A stretch of DNA of 64,000 nt from Lama glama (Eukaryota), in the NCBI GenBank assembly GCA_028534125.1, contig CM052840.1:992001-1056000 (forward strand). The letters run 5' to 3'. The position numbers and the translations under genes are program-made. Positions 25,319 through 37,300 of this stretch are shown here, piece after piece. Each line of letters opens with the position of its first letter. Position 1 is the first letter of the stretch. A model generated the notes under the pieces. The model ran no database searches, was not told the origin of the DNA, and saw only the letters and a list, made by a program, of their open reading frames with translations.

Positions 25319-28300
25319 GTAACGTGGCCCGGAGCCCAGACTCTTCTTTCCTCTCTTTCCCACTAAAATCCTCCTGCACCAGGGGCATGGCTCCTGCGTC
25401 AGCGTCCCTAAGACAGGACTTGGGGGAGCCTTGGGGAAGTGAGGTTCTGAACCTTGCATTTGAGATCCTACATCTCATCTCTACTGAGACCCCCAAGGAG
25501 GACGGGGAGTGGGAGCAGGGACCATCCACAGCTCAGAAGGGTTGTAAGGCATCCCCACCCCCCTGGGTGAGGTCTTGCCATATTCTCAGACCAGTTGAGT
25601 CTCTCCTGGGTTCTTAAGGGAGCTGGAGAAGAGCTTGCTACCTCCCGCCTCTTCTTCTGTGTCCTGTCTCTTCCTTATCAAGAAAAATCTGAAGCCTCCA
25701 CCACCCCGTGCACTTTGTCCTCTTTCCCTCCGGGATGCTCCTTCCATTCCCCAGTCCAGACAATACCCAGAGGCAGCCCCTGCATTCCTGGGCTCTCCTA
25801 AAGTGCACCTACCAACAGGTGGTCTCACCAGCCCCCAGGCTCGTTCCCCTTTCAGATCCCTGGAACTGGGCTGGGGCGTTGTGAAACCATGCCTATAAAA
25901 AGGGGGCTCTGCCAGGTGACCTAAACCCACAGTCCAGCTGCCTGAGGTTGTAAGCTTCACCTTCCCCCTTCCCAGACGTCTGGCTGACCTCCCTCAGGCC
26001 TCACTGTGGTCTGGCTTACCCATCCTCACTCCCCGGGGGAAAGAGCTGATTCAGTTACCTGGATTCAGGTCAATGGCAATAGCTGAGGTGGAGATGCAGG
26101 TGGAACTGGTTCAGGCTGGGGAATCGCCCACTTGAGTCTTCGCTGAAAGCCCTCGTCCAGCCCTCCCTCTCCTGGGAGGCTCCTTCTCTGCCCGGTTGCA
26201 GTCAAGGCCATGCGTGCCGGTGTCCTGGCACCATTTCCACAGCTGTGCCCCTCGGACAGGTGGGCTCTGCCGGCCTTTGTGCCTAAAGAGTTTAAGTTTG
26301 GGTTGTTCCTGTGCTGGAGGGATGAGGGTATCGGCTGTTGTCCTGAAAGGTGAGGACGATGAAAATCATAAAGGAAATTAACAGTTCCCACAAGGCTGGC
26401 AGGAGAGCCTTGAACGGTGCCTGGCACACAGAAGGTGCTCTGATAGGTATTTGTTTAATGAATGAATGAATGTCTAGAAAGCGAATCCCTCTGTCCATTT
26501 CCCGCTTGGCTTCTGGAACCTCTGTCTAGGTGTTTGGCATCTGTTTCCAGCTCTTCTCTTAGGCTTCAGAATGTTTTGCACCAAATATGACAGGCTTGCA
26601 AGTAAGGCCGGGCATGTACAAGCCCTCCCGTGGGCTGTTTCTCTTCCCCAAGCCAGCTCTCCACTCACGAGTCCAGTTCCCTGACATGAACAAACCTGAC
26701 AGTTTCTGCAGGGCAGGTTCTCTCTTAGGACGATGCTTTAAACTAGTCCAAGTCCAGCTCCCCATCCACCATCCCAGGGTTGGGAGAGGCAGCTCCCCGC
26801 CCCAGGGGAGACCAAGGAGTCAGGCGTTGACGGTGATGCTGTTTCACGAAGTGTTGGTTGGGACAGAAAAATCTATGCAGACTTTGCAGGGTAGGAAGCA
26901 TTGTCTGTGTCAGTTTCAGCTTTGGGTGACATCCAGAGGACCCGGTGTCAGGGAAACTACGGTTGAGCAATAGCAGAGGGCAGCAGTTGGTGCTGGGCAG
27001 GCAAGGAGGCCTAATCAGAGCAGGCCAGTGAGTCACCTGATGGGCCCTGAGTATTTGAGTTCCCTCATCTGGGAGAAGGAAAGCAAGCGCCTCCCACCCT
27101 CTTTCAGTCATCAATCCACCAGTTGTCACCCTTCAGATTGAAGGCCCTTGTTCCTACCGCTCCGGAGCTGCTATGAAAAGACCTCAAGGTGTTCAGCAAA
27201 CAGCAGAGAAACCAACTGTCCCCACCCTGTGTTGACCAACGAACAGCTCCCCATTCTTCCCTCTCCTGAAGAATTAACAGGGGGAAGAACTCCAGCCTTG
27301 GAGCCATTGCACACGAAGGATGGTGGGTCAGCAGAGGCGCACCCTGCAGGGACAACAGAACCTTCCTTTGAGGGGCAGTTCCAAGAAACTGCCCCCACTC
27401 AAACTGAGTTTCAGTTCAGGCCCATTCTTTCACTTATTCATTCATCCATATCAACAGGTATCTACTAAGCACCCCAGTTAATGCACGAGGTATACAAAGG
27501 CGAACAGACTTCTCTCCATGGTGGGCTTTACTGCGTAGTGGGAGAGATAGATGGAAAGCAAGAAATTACAGCACAAGGTACACACAATGCTGCAGGAGCC
27601 CAGACGAGGCTGCCCGGCGCCTGTGTCCCATCCGACCAGAGAAAGGCCATCTGAGATGGGGGCTGGACTTGACATCTCGGAAGGCTAGGCCACCCCACAA
27701 TCCATACCTTTAGCCAAACCTTGTAGACTCCCCAGGTGAGCAGCCAGCGCTCAGAAGACCTCCAGCTGATGCCCAGGAAGTGGGGATGGCTCTCAAGAGA
27801 AAGTCCCTGCCTTTACTTCTCAGCATCCCTGCACACCCCACAGTGCGCCTGCTCACTGACTGTTGAAAGAGTTTGGAATGAATGAGGGAGGGGATGAATG
27901 GATGACCAGGAACAGGATGTTATAATCTCTCCCCGACTTGGAGTGTCCAGGCTGTGCAGTACTGACTGGAAACCTGCCTTCATCCCTTCTAGGTGTTCCT
28001 CAGCCAAGATCAAAACCACGCTGTCTGGGCTGTTCCCCGTGCTCTCTTGGCTCCCCAAGTACAAGATCAAAGACTACCTCGTCCCGGACCTTCTTGGAGG
28101 CCTCAGCGGTGGATCCATCCAGGTCCCACAAGGTGAGGGGATCCCCTCAGCCCAGCTTATTCCTCTCCCCGCCCCTACCCTCTGCGACCTCCATAACCTG
28201 ACCATGCCCCTGGGCCTTCAACCTCTCTGTCCTGTTCAGGCATGGCATTTGCTCTGCTGGCCAACCTTCCTGCAGTCAACGGCCTCTACTCCTCCTTCTT

Positions 28301-31300
28301 CCCCCTCCTGACCTATTTCTTCCTGGGGGGCATACGCCAGATGGTGCCAGGTAAGTCCTCTCCCCTCTCAGCAGGCAGGGTGGCCTGGACCACAAGGAGG
28401 GATGGGTGGGTGGCAAAGAGGATTTGGGTGATTTCCCATCTGCATTGTCCTCTAGTTGGTGCTGGGTGGTCCTGGAGGGACTGTCACTGTGAGTGTCAGT
28501 CCCAGGTCTTCTGTGACCTTGAAGAAGCCTCTTAGCTTCTGGGAGCTCACTTAGCATTAGCTGTTCAGTCTCCCTCCCTGGAATTGTGGGGAAGACTGGG
28601 TGGAACAAGATACACCATATGCCATAAAGAGCTCAACAGAGATGAGAAATTACTGTCTAACCCCCAGAGGGGTCCCATCAGGCCACTTCAGGGACATTTG
28701 GAGTCCTCCGGCACTAAGTGAGATGGAGAAAAAGGTCTGTTTTCTGGCTCAGGCTCTGCTTGTATTTCCCAATCCATATCCTCATGTGTCCAAGAAAATA
28801 ATATTAACAGTTGGGGTGAAAGCACCTTGAAGAGTGTAGATCCTGGTTAGATGTGAGCGGTTGTCATGCAGGAGAGGAGCCTTGCAGGCATGGGACTCCA
28901 CCCCCGTAGGGACTGGGAGCCCCTCTCTGGTTTCCATGGGTGTGGTCCAAACCTCTGACTTTTGCTGGCTGGGTGGGGCACCACAGGTACCTTTGCCGTT
29001 ATCAGCATGCTGGTGGGTAACATCTGTCTGCAGCTGGCCCCAGAGTCGAAATTCCGGGTCTTCAACTATACCACCAACGAGAGCTACGTGGACACGGCAG
29101 CCATGGAGGCGGAGAGGCTTCACGTGTCAGCGACACTAGCCTGCCTGACTGCCATCATCCAGGTGAGGGGGACGGCCTCCGTCTGCCAGGGCCCCACCTC
29201 AGGAAGGCAACAGCCCACCCTGGCCCTGCCTCAGAGTCCCAGTTTTGACATTGAAGCTGCCATTTAGGGCTCTGCTTCCTTCCTCTTTCCCATTCTGAGG
29301 CCACAAAAAACCTTGAGAAGTCAGAGTATCTCCTCATCTGCCTCCAGCAGGTGCATAAGACCAGCATCTGCTCTAAGAAAACTGTCCTGAGCTAATGGCT
29401 GTCCAAAGGACTCGGGGCCCCTTTCCACTACCCTTTCCAGTGCCTGGCTGTCTGCCAGCACAGTCCTCCAGTTTCTCTAACATCCCTCATCCCGCTCCAG
29501 CCTCCTCCGCTCCAAGCCAAGCATCACCTGCACGATGTAAATTGCCTTTCCACCACATGCAAAGGACTGCCAGATTTTACGAAGGCACACACAGCTGGAC
29601 AGAATATCAGAGCAGGAAGCAACCTCCGAGGGCACCTTTCGTTCACTGATTCATTTGATTAATGTTTTTTCGGTTGTTTCACTGTGCCAGGAACTAGGCT
29701 AGGCTCTGGGGATAGAAGATAAGAAAGAAAGAGACCCAGTTCTCAAGGAGCTCACAGCCCAGTAAAGGAAGTAGCCAAATCAACATAAATAAATGTGTCG
29801 GCAGTGAGATAAGTAACATAATGGAGCTAAGTACCAACAGCAGTGGGAACACCAAAGGGAAAGTTAGGGAAAGCCTCTCCTCAAAGAGAGGAGGTGGCAT
29901 ATGACCTCAGCCTAAAAGGATGACTAGAGAGGGGAGGGTACAGCTCAGTGGTACAGTGTGTGCTTAGCATGCACAAGGTCCTGGGTTCAATCCCCAGTAC
30001 CTCCACTAAAATAAATAAATAAACCTAATTGCCACCCCCACCAAAAATTTAATAAGTTAAAATTTTTTTAATTAATTAAAGGATGACTAGAAGTTGACCA
30101 ATAACCAAATGAACAGGGCACAGAAGGACAGTCCAGGCAGAGAGAACAGCACCCCAAAGCACTGAGGCCTGAGAGAGTGTGAACTGACCAGGGAATGGCA
30201 AGACAAGGAGTTTGGTGTGGCCAGAGGGCAGGGGGCCTTTGGGAAATGGGCCAGAGAAGGGGCCAGAAAGGTAGGGGGGGTCAGACAATGAAGTCTGAGG
30301 TCCCCTAAGCAGTAGCTTTGGGTCCAGTTGGATCATTCAGACCATGGAGAAGATGATGGGTGGGAGGTGGGTTCGAATCAAGGCAGAGGACCTGTTGGGA
30401 GATGATGCGAGGTCCAGGCAAGAGTGATAAGGGCCGAGACCAGGGTGGTGGCCATGGAGGTGCAGGGTGGACTTGAGGAACATTTTGCCAAGAGCCAGAT
30501 GAACAGAGCTTGGTGATCAATCGGACATGAGAGGTGAGGGAGGATGACTCCCAAATTTTTAGTTGGCCCACTGGGTGGATGGGTGTGCCGCCTACTGAAA
30601 GAGGAAACACTGGTGAGTACCAGGTTCATTTTACAGACGAGGCAACTGGAGCCAATGAAGGTGAAGTGCAAGAGGCCCGGGCCCTGAGGGACTAAAGGTC
30701 TGCTGGCAGTAAAAGACAAGGTCACCAAGGGTGCATTTCTCTAGAGCTACTGCCATCCCAGGGCTGCACAGACCTCCGCCCTGGTGTGGGTCAGGCAGGT
30801 GCGGGAACTGCCGACCTTTCCTGGTCTCCTCCCACCCTCCTCTCCTCTCAGATGGGCCTGGGCTTCGTGCAGTTTGGCTTTGTGGCCATCTACCTCTCCG
30901 AGTCCTTCATCCGGGGCTTCATGACGGCCGCCGGCCTGCAGATCCTGATCTCCGTGCTCAAGTACATCTTTGGACTGACCATCCCCCCCTACACGGGCCC
31001 AGGGGCCATCGTCCTTGTGAGTCTAGGAACACAGCCCCGAGAACGGAGAGGGGCTTGAGCGGGCACATAAGCGGAGCTGACTGTCTTAAGTTGTGAGCAC
31101 CTCTCTATCAGATGTTCTCAAGGACAGGCTGGGTGACCAGCTGTTCAGAGAGGATTCTGAGGGGTTCCCACTTTGGGAGGGAGGGTCAAACACATCAAAC
31201 ACATGACCTTGAGGTTCTCTGTGGTTAATCCCTGCAGAAAAGGAGAGGTACGGTCTCCATCAGTTCCCCGTTCCAGTGCCTCAAACCCTTCCTGCCTGGG

Positions 31301-34300
31301 AAGTCCTTCCTTATGTCTAATCTCCATCCCTCTCCTTTAGCTTGAACTCTTTCTAGAGAAAGAGGATGGGATCAGCACTGCCCTCCCAGTATGAGCTCCA
31401 CACGTGCCCTTTGGGAGACGGTGGTGGAAGGTGGGACGGGGTGCATGAGCAGGGTGTGGATTTTGCTTTGGTGTGCCTCCCCGAGCGCTGACGACGTCCC
31501 TTCACTGAGCCAGAAGCTGGGTGAGGGGTGGTACGGGAGGAAGGGGTGGGAGCCCATGGGTGTGATGCTCTCTCCCCAGACCTTCATAGACATTTGCAAA
31601 AACCTCCCCCACACCAACGTCGCCTCGCTCATCTTCGCCCTCATCAGCGGTGTTTTCCTGGTGCTGGTGAAGGAGCTGAATGCCCGCTACAGGCACAAGA
31701 TCCACTTCCCCATCCCTACAGAGCTGATTGTGGTAAGGACCCCGCCTGGGACTGAGGTGTCGGGGCCCAGGCAGGAAAGGCTGTGAAAAAAGGAATCCAG
31801 CTCCAGCCAGAGCCCAGGGAGCCCCTCCACTCACCCCCACTGTCAGCCTGCTCACTGTCAGCCAGTGTGACAGGAAGTAGGGGTGAATCCACTTCACCCC
31901 TCCTATATAGCCCTGGTTCCCACTCGTCCTGCTCCTCGCGTTGCTCCTCCTTAAGAAGACAGGGCCATGGGAATAGAGGTCCTCAGAGGAAAAGGAGGCT
32001 TGAGAGAGATCCCTGCCCTGGCCCCAACTTAGAGCCAATCCTCATTCTCCACTTTGGGGTTTGCAGGTGGTGGTGGCAACAGCTATTTCCGGAGGCTGCA
32101 AGATGCCCAGCAAGTATCAGATGCAGATTGTGGGAGAGATCCAACAGGGGTGAGTCAGGGAAGCCGGGGCCCACCCACATCACACTCCCCACCTAGGCTC
32201 AGGGGCTGAGATGAGATGAACTCTATGAAGGTAACTTATAAACTCTATGACACTGACCAGCTCTGAATTATTCCTGCTACTTATTATGGAGAAGAGTCAC
32301 ACAACCAGCTAATGCTGGCTGTTTCAAGAGCAGGAAGTCTTAACTGCCACACATAACCTCCAAGTCTCATTCAGTGGATGCTGTTAAAGCAAAGCCTCTC
32401 TGATCAGTCCTTCTCTGGTTCTTCGCCTTGCTCTAATGCATTGGCTTTTTTTACCATGTGGAAGGGAAGCTATTAGGATCAACATAATTCATTAAGCATC
32501 TACTCTTGTGCCAGGTACCACGCTGGGCCCTGGGCGGGGACGGGCAGTGGTGATGCTGCAGAGTTGGACAGGGTGATGGAGAAAAGGCTTCACAGCACTG
32601 GGGGCTATGGATCTGGGGACGGGTGAGCCTAAAGAGTCCGGACTCTGGATGTGAACAGACGAGGCCCTAACACTTACTAGCTCTGTGACCTCGGACAAGT
32701 TATGTTCTCTAAGCCTCTGGTTTTTGCTTTGTCAATGGGAGTGATGGAGCTGCCCTGCAGTGTGGTCCTGGGGATTCAGACTGGAAAGGGTCATTCCTGT
32801 AAAGGCCATGGCACAAAGTGGGGCCCGGCTGGTTCCTGTGGGTTGATGAAGGACTCGGAGCCCTCCCTCTCCTCACACTCTTGGGCCCTGCCTCCTTTCT
32901 GGCTCCTTGGCAGGTTCCCCACTCCCGTGTCGCCTGCGGTTTCGCAGTGGAAGGACATGATTGGCACAGCCTTCTCCGTGGCCATCGTGGGCTATGTCAT
33001 CAACCTGGCTGTGGGCCGGACCCTGGCCAGCAGGCACGGCTATGACGTGGATTCTAACCAGGTAGGTCCGGCCACCCCCGGCAGGGCTGAGCAGGATGGC
33101 CCAGAACCCATGGAGTCCTGGCAAGAGACAGCTTGGGGCTCTGGGTTGAGGTGAGGAAGGCTGCCTGCCTGTGGGGAGGGAAGACTCTAATGCCAAGAGG
33201 CTGACTTCTACTTGATTGGGAGTACATGGCTTTATAGCAGTAGGGGCGCTCTTGAGTTCTAGATCAAGCTTGAGTTTGTTTTGGCCTGTACCCTGCATCC
33301 CATCCCCCATCCACCCTAGCTTCCAATCCCGCCCCTGTGCCCACAGGAGATGATCGCCCTGGGCTGCAGCAACTTCTTCGGCTCCTTCTTTAAAATCCAT
33401 GTCATTTGCTGTGCCCTCTCCGTCACTCTGGCTGTGGACGGCGCTGGAGGGAAGTCTCAGGTGAGCGCTGGACCAATGGAGTAGGGGAGGAGTGGGAGGT
33501 GACCAGAGCAATTGCCCCAGAGAAAAGGCTAGCTGCATCTCCGACCTTCCTCTCCCCTCCTTAGTCTCCACCCCACCAAAGGCATCTACTGGAAATAAAT
33601 CAAGAGGGAGAATTTCACACCTATGCCCTACTCCCAACCCTTTCTCTGAATAGATCTCAAGCCTGTGCGTGTCCCTCGTGGTGATGATCACCATGCTGGT
33701 CCTGGGGACCTATCTGTACCCTCTCCCCAAGGTAAGAGCACAGCCCGAGAGCAGAGGCCAGCGAGAGGCTCCAGGAAGACCAAAATCCCTAAGAGCTGTG
33801 TGGCACCTTACAGATTACAATGTGTCACACTTTGTCCTAATTACAACCTGTGAAGTAGTCAATTCTCCCCATTTTACAGGTGAGGGAAACTGAGGCTGAG
33901 AGAATCTAGGTGACCTGCCCATGGTGATACAGCTCACAGGTGCCGGGCTGGTCTCAAACTGCAGCCTTCAGACCTCAGAGTCCATGCCCCAGTCAGTGTT
34001 GACAAGTGCCTGTGGGTGCCTGGCCAGGAGGGCTCTCGGCACAGGGCCGCTTGGGGATGAGGGAGGAGGGGAAGGGCAAAGATGGGCCCTGTGTCTGTAG
34101 CATCTGCACTCCCCAGCCCTAAGATCCACTGCAAAGATCTGGGGCGTCTGCCAGCGGAGGCGTTCTAGAACTGCAGCTCTGTCCTGCCAGGCCGCAGGGT
34201 CAGGCATTTGCAGGATGGGCCGGAGGAAGGGGACACCCCGGGTAACAGGGAGCAATGTTCTGCTTCCCCAGTCTGTGCTAGGAGCCCTGATAGCTGTCAA

Positions 34301-37300
34301 CCTCAAAAACTCCCTCAAGCAACTCGCCGACCCCTACTACCTGTGGAGGAAGAGCAAGCTCGACTGTGTAGGTATTGGGCGGCCTCTGGGTACCCATCGT
34401 GCCGTTGCCACCTTCTCCAAACCCACAGCCCTGTCAGCTCTTCTATCAATGGTCCCTCCGGTTGGCTGCCCCCTAATTAGCATCGCCAGGTGTTAAGAGC
34501 TCAAGTTTCAGAGTGAGACATCTTATTTTCCAATCCTAACTCAACCATGGCCAATTAGCAAGTCCCTTAACTTCTGAATCTCGACTTCCTCATCTGCGAA
34601 ATGGGTATTTTATACTCTTTACCCACCAAGGATGCTTATGATATAAGATAAGATAAGGAAAGAACATACCATCTGAACTGTAACTCGGGTTCGATAAAAC
34701 TTAGCTATTATTATTTTTATGATTTACAGTTCCAAAGAAAGCAAAATGAAATCACTTTAAAATAACAAAAAAGCCTAGAACCTAAAGCCAGCAGACCAGG
34801 ATCTTGAGCAGGTTAGGTTACCAGACTTCTCTGGAGTTCTGTCTCCTCCTCTGTAGTGGCGGTGATAGCCGCGGCTGCATCACATGCTGGCTCTGAGGAT
34901 TAAACGAGATCATAGTGGGAAACCGTGTGACCATAAAACACTCAGCAGACATGACTTACTGTTTTGATTACTCACATTCCCAGCACATCTTCCACTAGAC
35001 AGTAGAAATGAGGCTACCTTGTATTGACGCCACTGCATTATCCCCACTTATGCCCCGCCACAAGCTATGGAAGGGGATTTACTAACCTCCTTTCAAGATT
35101 ATGAAACCAAGGCTCAAAGAAGTTAAGTAACTCATCAAAGGCCACAGAAGTCATAAGTGGTAGAGTCAGGACTGGAACCCCAAGTCTTAGATGGCAAACC
35201 TCTGGGCTATACTGTCTCCTAGGGAAGGAGGCTCGCCTGCATGGTAGGGGAAGGACATTCTTAAATCCAGAGGAGTGACTGGTCCATCTGGGGTCCTCCA
35301 GTGAATGAGGATGGGGGGGGAATGATGTCCCCATTCCCAGCCCCTAAATCTGCTTTTACCACATCCCAACGACCCCGCACTACAACAATAATCCCTGACA
35401 TTTACATAGCACATTGGGGTCCCCTCTGAGCGTCACAGTTCTCTGCAGCAGAGAGGGCAGATTTGTTTCCTTTAGAGGAACCTGGGGGACTGTGAAGTAC
35501 CATAGGAGAGAACAGTCAAAACTGCAGCCAGTCCTGCCCCTCCCCACCCTCAGCCAGGCCCCAGGCTGCCAGGTCAGGAAGCACAGCTGAGCACGCGTCA
35601 GACGCACAGCTGGGTGAAGGGAACTCACATGTGTTGATCGCTCACTGGGTGCCCATCACTAGGCTAAGAGCTTGTCTTCCTTGACTCCTTAATCCTTTCG
35701 CGAAGCTGGTGTTATTACTCCCCCTTTGTGGATTTGGCAACTAAGGCTCACGTAGCCAGTAAGCAGGAGAAGGAAACTTGGAACCCAGACGTATCTGACC
35801 CAAGACGCACACTCTCGTCACCACGCCGTGCTGCCTCCCTGTGTGTCCCAGGGTTGCTATCACACTCAGTCTAAGGGAACTGGGCAAGTGTATTCAAAGC
35901 GCAAATACATAAAACAGTGCAAAAATGCCATGAAAAGGGAAGGGAGGGCCTGAGGTTGTGCGGGCAGAGAATGGCCTTGGCTGATGCAGGAAGACTTTCC
36001 CAAAGGGGCAGTTTTCTCCCCAGGCCTGCTCTGACATCTGTCTCCCCGCAGTGCATCTGGGTGGTGAGCTTCCTCTCTGCCTTCTTCCTGAGCCTGCCGT
36101 ATGGCGTGGCGGTGGGCGTCGCCTTCTCCGTCCTGGTTGTGGTCTTCCAGACCCAGTTGTAAGTAACAGCCCCTCCCAGCAAGGCTGCAGTGGGGCCCCC
36201 GGGCTCCCATGCTGAGGCCAGGCCCAGCCCTCTGCGCCCTGCCGCCTTCTGGGCCTGGCACTGGAGGGAGAGCCGAGTCCAGCCAGGACTCTCACAGGCT
36301 GGGCTGTGTGACTCCCCATATCCTGAAAACTCAGAAGAAGGCATCATGGTTTCAGAGGGCTGGGCGCCCAGAGAAAGTAGGGGACGACCTGGGTGAGACT
36401 CAGTGTCCTTCCAAAGGCACTGCCAGCTCCCAGACTAAATGGGACCCCACCCCAGGGGAATACCAGGCCAGAGGACAGCTGTGCCCTTCTTATAAAAACA
36501 TTAAGTAGAACCGACAAGGGGGTCCAGGCCAGGGCAGGAAGGATGCTGAATGTTAGGGAAACCCTGTCTTCTCTTCTTGAGAACTCAGAACCAGGATGTG
36601 ATGACTTCAGGGCCACTTAAGCTTGTCACCTTGTGTAACCCACCCCTTCTCCCCCGCAAGCCCCAGTCTGGGAGCTATGTCAAGGAGCTGTCTGTCATCC
36701 CTCTAATAATAGCCCAGCCACAGGCCACCAGGCATGTGTCTCCAGTGCAGGAAGACAAACACCAGTTCAGGGTGAGGAAGGGACCCTCTGCCCTGCCTCT
36801 GCCCAGTCCCCAAGCCCCTGCCCCAGCATCACTCCCGGCCCATCCACTAATAGCATTCTCTTGTATTTTTCTTTTCCTTCTTCATCTAGTCGAAATGGCT
36901 ATGCTTTGGCCCAAATCACAGACACTGACATTTATGTGAACCCCAAGACCTATATTAAGGTGCGTAATCCAAGCTTATGACCCTTCTCTTTTGCCCTACC
37001 CACCCCTCCAATAAACGAGGGCTTTTAAAGAAAGCCAATAAAGACCTTGCTGCTCCCTGAGCTGAGTGTCCCTGTTACAGGCCCAGGAAGTCCAGGGGGT
37101 TAAGATCGTCACTTACTGCTCCCCGCTCTATTTTGCCAACTCGGAAATCTTCAGGCAGAAGGTCATTGCCAAGGTAAGGCTCAGTCCTCTGGTGACCAGA
37201 GGGGCTGGACAGACTGTGCCCAGAAGATGCAAGAGAGGAAGCTGGGAGCCAAGAGCAGGCCACCTCCAAAGAGGGTGGAGGTCAAGGCTGCTCTGGGCTC

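Noticed and set aside
29931-30003. tRNA-Ala-like sequences with A and B boxes
   Set aside because: These are SINE heads with AT-rich tails and TSDs, not functional tRNA genes.
32873-33694. 273-aa antisense ORF across SLC26A9 exons 9-11
   Set aside because: Shadow ORF of GC-rich coding exons and short introns; no recognisable protein.
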